Origin: Gemmatimonas sp.
GTDB lineage: Bacteria > Gemmatimonadota > Gemmatimonadetes > Gemmatimonadales > Gemmatimonadaceae
Direction: 5' to 3'
NCBI GenBank assembly: GCA_965279375.1
Contig: OZ257156.1
Span: 160,001 to 224,000 of the forward strand
DNA: 64,000 bases
The notes under the pieces are model-generated. The model saw nothing but the letters and a program-made list of their open reading frames with translations, searched no databases and was not told the origin of the DNA. Each line of letters opens with the position of its first letter. Position 1 is the first letter of the stretch. The translations under genes and the position numbers were made by a program. Positions 22,257-32,963 of this stretch are shown here, piece after piece.

Positions 22257-22559
22257 TCACCGCCAAGGCGGCAATTCGCCGCGCTTGAGCTCCGGATTGT
22301 GGCGATACACGGTGAACGTACGGCCGATCACCTGCACCACCTCAGCCGACGCGGCTTCAGCAACCATATTCGCCGCCTCCTTGGCGCTCAGCTCTCCCGC
22401 CTTCGCCACCTGCAGCTTCACCAGCTCATGCGTGCGCAGCACGTCCTCGAGGCTCGCCAGAATGGCCGGCGTGACGCCCTGATGCCCCACGTGGACCTTC
22501 ACGTCGAGATGATGTGCTTCAGCGCGCAGGGCGGCGCGTTCCTTCCCGGTCATGGACAT
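22257..22559 (-). CDS. yhbY: YhbY / CRM domain RNA-binding protein
   Basis: LRAEAHHL...VGHQG...HELVK...QVIG...YR. Confidence 0.88.
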   Translation of the reverse strand: MSMTGKERAALRAEAHHLDVKVHVGHQGVTPAILASLEDVLRTHELVKLQVAKAGELSAKEAANMVAEAASAEVVQVIGRTFTVYRHNPELKRGELPPWR

Positions 22560-22611
22560 GCAAGGCTCACTGATGCTGGTGCGGACGCCCTCGCGGAGTC
22601 TCGGTCTGGAC

Positions 22612-23265
22612 TCAGAGCCGGTAGCCGTCGAGCGCAAAGAAGAAGATTGGGTTGATCGGCGGGCCGTCCCACCACGCGCGGCCCACCCCGCGCTTCATCA
22701 CCTGAAAGTGCAGGTGCGGCGCGTCCGGTGGTGCGTTCCCCGTCGTGCCAACGTAGCCAATGACCGTTCCCTTCGCGACCCGATCGCCCACCGCGAGCCC
22801 GGGTCGGTAGCGCTCGAGATGCGCGTAGTAGTAGACGAATCGGCCGTCGATGTCGGTCGCGTAGATGACGATGCCGCCGATCGGTCCGCTGAACATGCGG
22901 CCGATCACGCAATCGTCGGCGGCCAGCACGGCGGTGAAACGCGGCGCCATCAGGTCGAGCGCACCGTGTATCCGACCGCCTGCACGCCCCGCCTCATACG
23001 TGTTCTTCACCGCGCGCCGATCCATCCCCTCCACTGGCACCATGAGCTGTCGCTGCCAGAGCAGGTCGAGATCCGCATCGGTCACGAGCGAGTCGCGAGC
23101 GCCCGAGTACGACGGGCGCGCGCCGACTGCGATGACCTCGGGTACGACGGGCGCCGGTATCGGGCGCGGCGCTTCGATGGGAGGCGCACCGGGCGCGCCA
23201 TGACGGCACGCCGCCAACGACAGCGACAGAGCGATCGTCAGCGCTACGCGGAGTCGCGTGATCAG
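22612..23265 (-). CDS. M23 family metallopeptidase, probable lipoprotein
   Basis: HGALD, YAHL, HLHF motifs. The LAAC lipobox needs extension to CTG 23265 (track start is TTG 23217). Confidence 0.85.
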   Translation of the reverse strand: MITRLRVALTIALSLSLAACRHGAPGAPPIEAPRPIPAPVVPEVIAVGARPSYSGARDSLVTDADLDLLWQRQLMVPVEGMDRRAVKNTYEAGRAGGRIHGALDLMAPRFTAVLAADDCVIGRMFSGPIGGIVIYATDIDGRFVYYYAHLERYRPGLAVGDRVAKGTVIGYVGTTGNAPPDAPHLHFQVMKRGVGRAWWDGPPINPIFFFALDGYRL

Positions 23266-23675
23266 CCCTTCACCACTTCCGGACGGAAGTACGGCTCGAG
23301 AAAACGCAGCAAGTCGTCGATGGTGCGCACGCCAGACTTCAGCTCATCGAGCTCATGCGCCCGCGGCAGGCGCGCGCCGGCACGATCCGCGATCACGAGC
23401 ACGGCGTCTTCGAGGTCCAGTCCGCCCAAGCCGAACACGCGCTCCAGATCGTCGCCCGGCGCCACGCGATAGTGCGGTTCGACGACACCGTGACGTTCGG
23501 CGAGATAGTGGTAGGTCTGCTCGAGGAGGATTTCGGGGTACCGGCCGCGCGTGCTGTCGCGGAACCGGGAAAGCCCATCCCGCTCGATCGAGCGGAGATT
23601 CAACGATCGCGCGCGCAAGAGCGCGGCCAACCCGATGAGCAACACGACGGCGGCTACAACTACGGACAGTCGCAC
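23262..23675 (-). CDS. Hypothetical protein: N-terminal TM helix plus ACP-like domain lacking the conserved Ser
   Basis: GGAGG upstream of GTG 23675. PGDDLERVFGLGGLDLED...VRTIDDLLRFL resembles the acyl-carrier-protein pattern. Confidence 0.55.
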   Translation of the reverse strand: MRLSVVVAAVVLLIGLAALLRARSLNLRSIERDGLSRFRDSTRGRYPEILLEQTYHYLAERHGVVEPHYRVAPGDDLERVFGLGGLDLEDAVLVIADRAGARLPRAHELDELKSGVRTIDDLLRFLEPYFRPEVVKG

Positions 23676-23909
23676 GGCGGGTCTCGCCTCCGAATGGGAG
23701 ACAGGGGGAAAATGGCCGTCGGCGTGAGGTGCCAAACGGGCTGGACAAGCATGCGCAATCGCACTGGCACTAAGCAAGCATCGCGATCGCGACGCCGCAA
23801 TTCACTTAACGTCAAAACGCCCGATATCGTTGGTGATATTTCTCACCGCAACGCGACGTTCGATCGAAACGGCGGGGACTGCCGAAAGACTTGAGAACGC
23901 GCTTGAATT

Positions 23910-23953
23910 CGTCAACGGTTTCGTTGACGTAGTCGTCAATGCCGATCTATATT
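23910..23953 (+). promoter_or_regulatory. suf promoter: SufR-type inverted repeat overlapping a -35 (TTGACG), with -10 TATATT
   Basis: cgtCAACggtttcGTTGacg at 23910-23929. TTGACG 23924-23929, 18-nt spacer, TATATT 23948-23953, ATG at 23960. Confidence 0.7.
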
Positions 23954-23959
23954 GTCCCG

Positions 23960-24661
23960 ATGCAGGATGTCATCGGGGCACTCGGGGGATTTCGCGGCGT
24001 TCGAGCCGATTTGCTGGTCGCGCTGAAGAAAGCGCAGCCGCTGACGGCGCACGAGCTGGGAGATCGTTTCGGACTCACTGCCAATGCGTTGCGCCGTCAC
24101 CTCAAGGCGCTCGAGGAGGACGGGTTGGTGCGTTTCCGGCGCGAAGTACGCGGGGTGGGTGCGCCGGTCTACACCTTCTCGCTGACGGCGGCGGGCGAGG
24201 CGCTGTTCCCGCGCAGCTATGTCTCGGTGCTGTCCACCGCGCTCGACGCATTGCGCGAGCAACGTGGTGACGACGCCGTCACGCGCGTGCTGGAAGCCGA
24301 GTGGGACAAGCTGGCCGAAGAAGCGGGACCGGTGTTGCGTGCGCTGCCGTTATCGGAGCGCGTTGCGTTGGTGGCGGAGCTGTTGACCGCCAAGGGCTAC
24401 ATGGCGGAGTCGATCGTGCAATCCGTGGAGGGCGAGTCGGAGACGACGACGCTGCGCATTCACAACTGCGCGGTGCGTGAGATCGCCGAACGTTTTCCTG
24501 AAGCGTGTGACGTGGAAGCGAAGTTCGTGGAGAAGCTGCTCGGCGTGCCACTGGTGCGCGGGCAACATCGCCGAGATGGGTGTGGGCGATGTGAATACGG
24601 CGTTGTGAGCGCGGTGGTCGCGGGCACAGCAAACATGGCGTGGGAACAGGAGCAGGCATGA
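23960..24661 (+). CDS. sufR: SufR-type HTH iron-sulfur regulator
   Basis: N-terminal wHTH ([17 protein letters not shown]...GVGAP), C-terminal Cys pattern (HNC...C...CGRC), first gene of the suf operon. Confidence 0.8.
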   Translation: MQDVIGALGGFRGVRADLLVALKKAQPLTAHELGDRFGLTANALRRHLKALEEDGLVRFRREVRGVGAPVYTFSLTAAGEALFPRSYVSVLSTALDALREQRGDDAVTRVLEAEWDKLAEEAGPVLRALPLSERVALVAELLTAKGYMAESIVQSVEGESETTTLRIHNCAVREIAERFPEACDVEAKFVEKLLGVPLVRGQHRRDGCGRCEYGVVSAVVAGTANMAWEQEQA

Positions 24662-26091
24662 GTTCGACCATCGACGCGCTCGTCAACCGCGAGTACCAGT
24701 ACGGCTTCTCGACGGACATCGAAGCCGACACGTTGCCGCCCGGTCTGTCCGAAGACACGGTGCGCTTCATCTCCGCGAAGAAGGGTGAGCCGCAGTGGCT
24801 GCTCGACTGGCGCTTGAAGGCGTTCCGTCGCTGGCTGACGATGACCGAGCCGCACTGGGCCAACGTGCAGTATCCCCCCATCGATTATCAGGCGGCCAGC
24901 TACTACTCGGCACCCAAGTCGGTGAAGGCGCTCGCGTCGCTCGACGAAGTGGATCCGGCGCTGCTCGAGACGTACGCCAAGCTTGGCATTTCCCTCACCG
25001 AGCAGAAGCGACTGAACAACGTGGCCGTGGACGCCGTGTTCGATTCGGTGTCGGTGGGCACGACGTACAAGGAAGAGCTGAGCAAGCACGGCATCGTGTT
25101 CATGTCCTTCGGCGAAGCGGTGCGCGAGCATCCGGAGCTGGTCCAGAAGTATCTGGGCTCGGTGGTGCCGTACAGCGACAACTTCTTCGCGGCGCTCAAC
25201 AGCGCGGTCTTCTCCGATGGTTCGTTCTGCTACATCCCCAAGGGGGTGAAGTGTCCGATGGAGCTGTCGACGTACTTCCGCATCAATGCAGCGGAGACGG
25301 GACAGTTCGAGCGCACGCTGATCGTGGCGGATGAAGGATCGCAGGTGAGCTACCTGGAAGGGTGCACCGCGCCCAAGCGCGACACCAACCAGCTGCATGC
25401 CGCCGTCGTGGAGATCATCGCCCTCGACAACGCGACAGTGAAGTACAGCACCGTGCAGAACTGGTACGCCGGCGACGAGCATGGCGTGGGCGGCATCTAC
25501 AACTTCGTCACGAAGCGTGCGAAGGCGATGACCAACGCCAAGGTATCGTGGACGCAGGTGGAGACCGGCTCGGCGATCACGTGGAAGTACCCGAGCGTGA
25601 TTCTGCAGGGCGACAACAGCGTGGGCGAGTTCTACTCGGTCGCGGTGGCCAGCAAGCGTCAGCAGGCCGATACGGGCACCAAGATGATCCACATCGGCCG
25701 CAACACGAAGTCGACGATCGTCTCGAAGGGCATTTCCGCGATGCAGGGACAGAACAGCTATCGCGGCAAGGTGCAGATCCTCCCGAAGGCGGAGGGCGCG
25801 CGCAACTACACGCAGTGCGACTCCATGCTGGTGGGCAACGCCTGCGGTGCGCACACGTTCCCGTACGTGGAAGTGGGCAACAACAGCGCGACGCTCGAGC
25901 ACGAAGCGAGCACGAGCAAGATCGGCGAAGACCAGATCTTCTACCTCAAGGCGCGCGGGCTCGACGCTGAACAGGCCGTGTCCATGATCGTGAGTGGGTT
26001 CTGCAAGGAAGTGTTCAAGGAGTTGCCGATGGAGTTTGCGCTCGAAGCGCAGCAGCTCCTCGGCATCACGCTCGAAGGCTCGGTCGGCTGA
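24658..26091 (+). CDS. sufB: Fe-S cluster assembly scaffold SufB
   Basis: [42 protein letters not shown]. Confidence 0.97.
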   Translation: MSSTIDALVNREYQYGFSTDIEADTLPPGLSEDTVRFISAKKGEPQWLLDWRLKAFRRWLTMTEPHWANVQYPPIDYQAASYYSAPKSVKALASLDEVDPALLETYAKLGISLTEQKRLNNVAVDAVFDSVSVGTTYKEELSKHGIVFMSFGEAVREHPELVQKYLGSVVPYSDNFFAALNSAVFSDGSFCYIPKGVKCPMELSTYFRINAAETGQFERTLIVADEGSQVSYLEGCTAPKRDTNQLHAAVVEIIALDNATVKYSTVQNWYAGDEHGVGGIYNFVTKRAKAMTNAKVSWTQVETGSAITWKYPSVILQGDNSVGEFYSVAVASKRQQADTGTKMIHIGRNTKSTIVSKGISAMQGQNSYRGKVQILPKAEGARNYTQCDSMLVGNACGAHTFPYVEVGNNSATLEHEASTSKIGEDQIFYLKARGLDAEQAVSMIVSGFCKEVFKELPMEFALEAQQLLGITLEGSVG

Positions 26092-26093
26092 TC

Positions 26094-26890
<797 letters not shown>

Positions 26891-26894
<4 letters not shown>

Positions 26895-28234
26895 GCACTG
26901 CCGTGAGCACCGCCGAGCGTACGGCGGCTGCATCGCCGTATGCGGAGCTGGCGAACGCATCTGCGTCGCAGGATGCGCCGACTGTATTGCAGGCGCTGCG
27001 CAGCGCGGGGGCGGAGGCGTTTGCGCGCCTCGGGTTCCCGAGCACGCGCAGCGAGGACTGGGCGTACACCAACGTGTCGGCGATCGCCTCGGCGAGCTTC
27101 GTGCCGGCCGCCCAACGGGCGCCGTCCGCGTTCCGTGACGCGTCGCATCTGGAAGAGTTTTCGTTCGGCAGCGCGTGGCCGATGCTCGTCTTTCTCGACG
27201 GCCACTTCATTCCGACGCTCTCGTCGCATGAGGCACTCCCCGAAGGCGTGCGCGTGATGACGTTGGCGCAGGCCGCCGTCAACGAGCCCGAGTTGCTGCA
27301 GAAGCATCTGGGAAGCGCGGCCGCGGCCGATCGCGATGGATTCACCGCGCTCAACGCGGCGTTCACCGGCGAAGGCGCGCTCATTCACGTGGGCAAGGAG
27401 ATGGTGACCGACACGCCGGTCCATCTGCTGCATTTGACCACGGCCGACGGCGCGGGCGTGATGTCGCACCCGCGGCACGTGATTGTGGTGGAGCGGCACG
27501 CCAAGGCGAGCGTGGTGGAGAGCTACGTGTCGCTGGCCGACGTGTCGTATTTCACGAACACGGTGACTGAAGTGGTGCTGGAAGACGGCGCCACGCTGCA
27601 TCACGTGCGTGTGCAGCGCGAGGCGCTGTCGGCGTTTCATGTGGGCACGATCGAAGCGCGTCAGGGGCGCGACAGCCACTTCCTGCAGTTCTCGTTTCAG
27701 ACCGGCGGCCAGCTCTCGCGCTCGAACGTGTACACGGTGCTCAACGGCGAAGGGTGCGGCACGACGCTCAACGGCATCTACATGCTCGATGGCGCGCAGC
27801 ACGGCGATCATCAGACGCGAGTTGAGCATGTGGCGCCCAACTGCTTCAGCCGCGAGATGTACAAGGGGCTGCTCGACGGCCAGTCGCACGGCGTGTTCAA
27901 CGGCAAGGTGTACGTGCACCCCGAAGCGCAGAAGACCGACGGCAAGCAGACCAACAACACGCTGCTGCTCTCGCCGGACGCGCAGATCGATACCAAGCCG
28001 CAGCTCGAGATTTTCGCGGACGACGTGAAGTGCACGCACGGCGCAACCGTGGGCCGCATGGATGAAACGTCGCTCTTCTATCTCAAGAGCCGTGGCGTGG
28101 GTAGCGTGCTGGCCAAGCAGCTGTTGATGTACGCCTTTGCGGCGGACGTGATCGAGACCATCGACAACGACGCGGTGAAGGAAGGGTTGGAAGAGATGAC
28201 GTTGGCGCGGTTCACCGGCATCACGCAGCACTGA
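26891..28234 (+). CDS. sufD: Fe-S cluster assembly protein SufD
   Basis: EDWAYT, KPQLEIFADDVKCTHGATVG, LFYLKSRG. Confidence 0.95.
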
Positions 28235-28242
28235 GCCGCCCC

Positions 28243-28695
28243 ATGTCCGATCTGCAGGAGCTGTATCAGTCCGTCATCCTGGATCACAACCGCAAGCCGC
28301 GGAATTTCGGCGAGCTTGCGGCGGCGAACCACACGGCGGACGGCAAGAATCCGCTGTGTGGTGATCAGGTGACGGTCTCGCTGGTGCTCGACGGCGATGT
28401 CATCAGCGATGTGAAGTTCACCGGTCACGGCTGCGCTATTTCCAAGGCGTCGGCGTCATTGATGACGGCGGCGGTGAAGGGGAAGTCGCGCGCAGATGCG
28501 GAAGCGCTGTTCGAGCGCTTTCACGCGCTGGTGTTGGGGCAGGATCCGGAGGGCGGCAAGACGCTCGGCCAGCTCGTGGTCTTCTCGGGCGTGTCGCGTT
28601 TCCCGGTGCGCGTGAAGTGCGCGTCGCTGGCATGGCACACGCTCAAGGCCGCGCTCGAGAGCGACGAGTCGGCGCCGGTCGTGACGACCGAGTGA
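28243..28695 (+). CDS. sufU: SUF system sulfur-transfer protein SufU (copy 1)
   Basis: LYQSVILDH, NPLCGD, GCAIS, RVKCA. Confidence 0.93.
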   Translation: MSDLQELYQSVILDHNRKPRNFGELAAANHTADGKNPLCGDQVTVSLVLDGDVISDVKFTGHGCAISKASASLMTAAVKGKSRADAEALFERFHALVLGQDPEGGKTLGQLVVFSGVSRFPVRVKCASLAWHTLKAALESDESAPVVTTE

Positions 28696-28735
28696 TGCAC
28701 GCGTGATGAGCATGTGATGAGCAAGAGATGAGCGA
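28692..28735 (+). repeat. Four imperfect 11-bp tandem repeats at the sufU-Rieske junction
   Basis: gtgatgcacgc / gtgatgagcat / gtgatgagcaa / gagatgagcga. Confidence 0.75.
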
Positions 28736-29060
28736 CTCGTTGCAACGGGCGGCGCTGGTGTCGGAGATCGAGGAAGGATTGCCGCTGGCGGTGACGTTGG
28801 CAGATGGTGCCCGCATCTGTCTCGTGCGCGATGGGGACGCCGTCTACGCCATGGCGGATCGGTGCCCGCATCGGGATTTCGCGCTGTCCGGTGGTGATGT
28901 CGTGGAGCCGTGCGTCATCGAGTGTCCGTGGCACGGTGCGCGCTTCGATGTGCGCACCGGAGAGGTGCTGCAAGGGCCATCCACCGATCCCCTGTGGACG
29001 TATCCCGTGCAGATCGTCGATGGCAGCGTGTGGGTGAACGTGGTGCGCGCCTCGTCGTGA
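28728..29060 (+). CDS. Rieske [2Fe-2S] ferredoxin
   Basis: CPH...CPWH Rieske ligands. Confidence 0.92.
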   Translation: MSDSLQRAALVSEIEEGLPLAVTLADGARICLVRDGDAVYAMADRCPHRDFALSGGDVVEPCVIECPWHGARFDVRTGEVLQGPSTDPLWTYPVQIVDGSVWVNVVRASS

Positions 29061-29125
29061 CGCCGCAATGGCGCCGCAGGAAGCGCGGTTGATGTTTCGT
29101 TGATTCGTCGTCTCAGTCCCAGCGA

Positions 29126-30361
29126 GTGTCTCGCATGAGTTCTCTGTCGCCGTTGGCGCCACGCGCCGATTTCCCGCTCCTCGCCGCGCATCCCGAGCTG
29201 CACTACCTCGATTCCGCGGCCACGTCGCAGAAGCCCAAGGCGGTGCTCGACGCCATCAGCGGTTTCTACGAGACGGCCAACGCCAATCCGCACCGCGGCG
29301 CCTATGCGCTGTCGGCGCGCGCGACCGATGCGTACCACGATGCGCGCGCAACGGTGGCCCGTTTTCTTGGCGCGTCGGATTCCGACTGCCTGATCTTCAC
29401 GCGCGGTACGACGGAGTCGGTGAATCTAGTGGCCTCCTCGTGGGGCGGTGCCAACGTGCACGCCGGCGACGAGATTGTGATCACCGCACTCGAGCATCAT
29501 GCGAACTTCGTGACCTGGCAGCAGCTCGCCAAGCGCACCGGCGCGATGCTCCGCATCGTGGAGCTGACGCCGCATCAGGAAATCGACCTCGATCAGCTGC
29601 GCGCCGTGGTGAACGCGAAGACCAAGCTCGTCGCCATCACGCACGTATCGAATGCCGTGGGCGCGATCACGCCGCTGCAGACGGTGGTGGAGATCGTGCG
29701 CGGTCACTCGAGTGCCGTGTTGTTCGTCGACGGTGCACAGGGCGCGCCACATCTGCCGGTGGCGTTCGACACGATGGACATCGACTTCTACGCGTTCAGC
29801 GGGCACAAGATGCTGGGCCCCATGGGCATCGGCGGGCTGATCGGTCGTCGCGCGCTGCTGGAGGCGATGCCGCCGTTTCTCTTTGGCGGCGACATGATCG
29901 AGTGGGTGCACGACTTCGACAGCACCTGGAATGTGTTGCCGCACAAGTTCGAGGCGGGCACGCCGAACGCGGCGGACGCGGTGGGGCTCGCCGCGGCCGT
30001 GCGCTATCTCAGCGCACTCGACATGACCAAGGTACGCGCGCACGAAGTCGCGCTGCTCGAGGCCGCGGCGGCCCAACTGCGCGATCTTCCCGGCTGCACC
30101 ATTTATGGGCCGGTGCCCGAGCGTCGCAGCGGTGTAATCAGCTTCTCGCTGGACGATGTGCATCCTCATGACCTCGCGACCATTCTCGATGAACACGGCG
30201 TGTGCGTGCGCGCCGGCCACCACTGTGCGCAACCGCTGATGCGTCGCCTGGGCGTGAGTGCGACGGCGCGTGCCTCGTTCTACGTGTACAGCGAGCAGAC
30301 CGATGTGGATGCGCTCTGTTCGGCGCTGGCGTCGGCACAACGCCTGTTCGCCAGCGCGTGA
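29126..30361 (+). CDS. sufS: Cysteine desulfurase SufS
   Basis: YLDSAATSQKP, SGHKM (PLP lysine), RAGHHCA. Start is GTG 29126 or ATG 29135. Confidence 0.95.
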   Translation: MSRMSSLSPLAPRADFPLLAAHPELHYLDSAATSQKPKAVLDAISGFYETANANPHRGAYALSARATDAYHDARATVARFLGASDSDCLIFTRGTTESVNLVASSWGGANVHAGDEIVITALEHHANFVTWQQLAKRTGAMLRIVELTPHQEIDLDQLRAVVNAKTKLVAITHVSNAVGAITPLQTVVEIVRGHSSAVLFVDGAQGAPHLPVAFDTMDIDFYAFSGHKMLGPMGIGGLIGRRALLEAMPPFLFGGDMIEWVHDFDSTWNVLPHKFEAGTPNAADAVGLAAAVRYLSALDMTKVRAHEVALLEAAAAQLRDLPGCTIYGPVPERRSGVISFSLDDVHPHDLATILDEHGVCVRAGHHCAQPLMRRLGVSATARASFYVYSEQTDVDALCSALASAQRLFASA

Positions 30362-30864
30362 CCGATGTCGTTGCTGATGGCGTATCTGGTGGCGTGAGCG
30401 AGCAAGGCGGCAGCGCTTCTGCCGCGATGCTCTCGGCGATGTACCAGGAAACGCTGCTCGCGCATCATCGCGCGCCGCACAACCGGCGCCCGATGCCTGA
30501 CGCGACGCATCGCGGCTCGCGGAAGAACCCGTTGTGTGGCGATGCGCTCGATCTCTTCGTGCAGCTCGCGGACGGGCACGTGCTCGATGTGTCGTTCGAG
30601 GGACGCGGCTGTTCGATCGCGGTGGCCTCGGCGTCTATGCTGACGGAGGTGGTGCGTGGCCTGTCGCGCGCCGAGTCGCTGGCTTTGGTCGAGCGCGTGG
30701 AGGGAATGCTGCAGGGCGCGCGGAGCACGAGCGACGTTACGGACGGCGGGGCGCTGCCAGCCGCATTGGACGCGCTGCGTGGTGTGGCCCCCTTCCCCGG
30801 ACGCCACGGCTGTGCGAGCATGCCTTGGCTGGCGCTGCGCGACGCATTGCACGAGCGTCCGTAG
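30358..30864 (+). CDS. sufU: Second SufU-like protein
   Basis: MYQETLLAH, NPLCGD, GCSIA, RHGCA. GTGA overlap with sufS; start uncertain. Confidence 0.85.
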   Translation: MTDVVADGVSGGVSEQGGSASAAMLSAMYQETLLAHHRAPHNRRPMPDATHRGSRKNPLCGDALDLFVQLADGHVLDVSFEGRGCSIAVASASMLTEVVRGLSRAESLALVERVEGMLQGARSTSDVTDGGALPAALDALRGVAPFPGRHGCASMPWLALRDALHERP

Positions 30865-30914
30865 CACACCGCGTCTTCGTAGCCGGTCTTCACCACCCGC
30901 CCTCTCTCGGACCC

Positions 30915-31208
30915 ATGTACGCCATCGCGATCCTTCGCTACCGCAAGCCGCTGGAAGAAGTGCAGAAGGCCCTCGACGAACACCGCACCTACCTGCGCGG
31001 CCTCAAGGCGGACGGGCTGCTGCTGGTGTCTGGCCCGCTCAATCCGTGGCACGGCGGCGCACTGCTGCTGCGCGTCCCCGACGATGACGCGACCGCCGCA
31101 CTGGACCGCATTCGCGACGGTGACCCGTACACGAAACTTGGACTCGTGCAGTACGAGCTGTTGCCGTGGGCGCCGGTGATCGGGCTCGACGCGCTGGACA
31201 AGCTCTGA
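30915..31208 (+). CDS. YciI family protein
   Basis: HRTYL...SGP...GGALL...DPY, about 97 aa. Confidence 0.8.
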   Translation: MYAIAILRYRKPLEEVQKALDEHRTYLRGLKADGLLLVSGPLNPWHGGALLLRVPDDDATAALDRIRDGDPYTKLGLVQYELLPWAPVIGLDALDKL

Positions 31209-31744
31209 GTCGTCTCGCACGCGTTCTTGCCACGCTGCAGCGTTGGGCTGATGCGGGGTGGTCCGGCAGCGTGGTGTTCGCGTGGGGGCTGCTGCAAGGG
31301 TGCGTCTTTCCGGGGTTCGTTGACCTGTTCTTCCTGCCGCTCGCGATCGCGCGCCCGGCCCGTGCCTATCGGCTCGCGTTGATTGCGACGCTGAGCACGG
31401 TGCTGGGCAGCGTACTGCTCTATGCGTTTGGCGACCGCGCGCTCGCGCTCTTGCAGGGCCCGCTCGCGAACATGCTCAGCGTGACCACGGAGCATCTCGC
31501 GTCCACGCGCGCCACGTTGGCGCGCTACGGGGCGTGGGCGATTCTTGCCAGCACCATCAGCCCGCTCAGCACCAAGCTGACGAGCATCGCGTCAGGTGCG
31601 ATCGGCGTGCCGTGGGCGGAATTCGTGGTGGCGTTGACTGCGGGGCGCGCCCTGCGTGCGTTCGGCCTGGCGTGGCTGGTGCGCCACGGCGGGGCACACG
31701 CGGTGGAACGGTGGATGAAACCCATCGACCGCGTGAAGCCGTAG
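31205..31744 (+). CDS. YqaA/DedA (VTT domain) membrane protein
   Basis: FP...D...PL, GSVLLY, SPLSTK, GRALR pattern. Start is CTG 31205 or GTG 31166. Confidence 0.7.
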   Translation: MSRLARVLATLQRWADAGWSGSVVFAWGLLQGCVFPGFVDLFFLPLAIARPARAYRLALIATLSTVLGSVLLYAFGDRALALLQGPLANMLSVTTEHLASTRATLARYGAWAILASTISPLSTKLTSIASGAIGVPWAEFVVALTAGRALRAFGLAWLVRHGGAHAVERWMKPIDRVKP

Positions 31745-31765
31745 CCGCGTGTTCCGATAAACGTC

Positions 31766-32929
31766 CTACGTCGTACGTCCGTGCTTGAGCTGGATCAATC
31801 GCTCACCGGCCGCATGCAGCGTTTCGTCCTTCTTGGCGAAGTGAAAGCGAATGAGATTGTGAATCGGCTCGCGGAAGAAGCTCGAGCCCGCAACCCCGGC
31901 CACGCCGATCGTCTTGATCATCCACTCCGAGGCGTCGGCGTCGTTGGCGAAGCCGAGTGAGCCGATGTCGACCATGACGTAGTAGGCGCCCTGCGGTTCG
32001 GTGAAGGGGAGCCCGGTCTGCTTGAGATAGTTCAGAAAAATCTCTCGCTTCCCGGCGTAGAGCATCTTCATCTCCGTGTAGTAGCTGTCGGGGAGTTCGA
32101 GCCCGGCGACGGCTGCTTCCTGCAGCGGCGCCGACGCGCCAACGGTGAGGAAGTCGTGCACTTTGCGCGCCTGCGCAATCACGTGCGGCGCAGCGTGCAC
32201 GTAGCCCAAACGCCATCCGGTGATGGAGTACGTCTTGGAGAGCGAGTTGCAGGTGATCGTGCGTTCGAACGCGCCGGGGAGCGTGTTGAAGTACGTGTGC
32301 ACGTGCGGCTCGTAGACGATGTGCTCGTACGGCTCGTCGGTGATGACGAAGCAGTCGTGCTCTTCGGCGAGGCGCAGGATGGTCAACAGTTCGTCGCGCG
32401 TGAAGACCTTACCCGTGGGATTGCCCGGGTTGCAGATGACGATCGCCTTGGGCTTCTGCGCGAACGCACGCGCGAGTTCTTCTTCGTCGAAGTTGAACTC
32501 GGGCGGACGCAGCGGGACGTAGATGGGCACGGCACCAGAGAGAATGGCGTCGGCCGCGTAGTTCTCGTAGAACGGCGAGAAGACGATGACCTTGTCGCCC
32601 GGATTGCATGCGGTCATCATCGCGACCATCATCGCTTCGGTGCTGCCGCAGGTGACGACGAGGTGGCGTTCCGGATCGACGTCGAGTCCGGTGAAGCGCG
32701 CAATCTTGCGCGCGAGTGCCTCGCGGAATCGCGGCGCGCCCCACGTCACAGCGTACTGGTGATGCGGGCCACGCGTGGCGCGTTCGAGCCCGACGAGCAT
32801 CTCCTCCGGCGGATCGAAATCCGGGAAGCCCTGCGAGAGGTTGATGGCGCCGAATTGGTTCGCCATGCGCGTGGTGCCGCGGATGACGGATTCGCTGAAG
32901 ACGGAGAGGCGGGAGGCGGTGGCTGGCAT
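31766..32929 (-). CDS. PLP-dependent aminotransferase class I/II (YbdL-like)
   Basis: AINLSQGFPDF, NPGNPTG, DEPY, SKTYSITGWRLG. Confidence 0.92.
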   Translation of the reverse strand: MPATASRLSVFSESVIRGTTRMANQFGAINLSQGFPDFDPPEEMLVGLERATRGPHHQYAVTWGAPRFREALARKIARFTGLDVDPERHLVVTCGSTEAMMVAMMTACNPGDKVIVFSPFYENYAADAILSGAVPIYVPLRPPEFNFDEEELARAFAQKPKAIVICNPGNPTGKVFTRDELLTILRLAEEHDCFVITDEPYEHIVYEPHVHTYFNTLPGAFERTITCNSLSKTYSITGWRLGYVHAAPHVIAQARKVHDFLTVGASAPLQEAAVAGLELPDSYYTEMKMLYAGKREIFLNYLKQTGLPFTEPQGAYYVMVDIGSLGFANDADASEWMIKTIGVAGVAGSSFFREPIHNLIRFHFAKKDETLHAAGERLIQLKHGRTT

Positions 32930-32963
32930 GGTCGAGAAAATACGCGCCGGTTATACTCCGTGC

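Noticed and set aside
23765..23780. Sigma-54-like TGGCAC...GC upstream of sufR
   Set aside because: The -12 element reads AAGC instead of TTGC, and a better sigma-70-type promoter lies next to the start.
24658..26091. Possible intein in SufB
   Set aside because: Normal length with contiguous motifs and no insertion.
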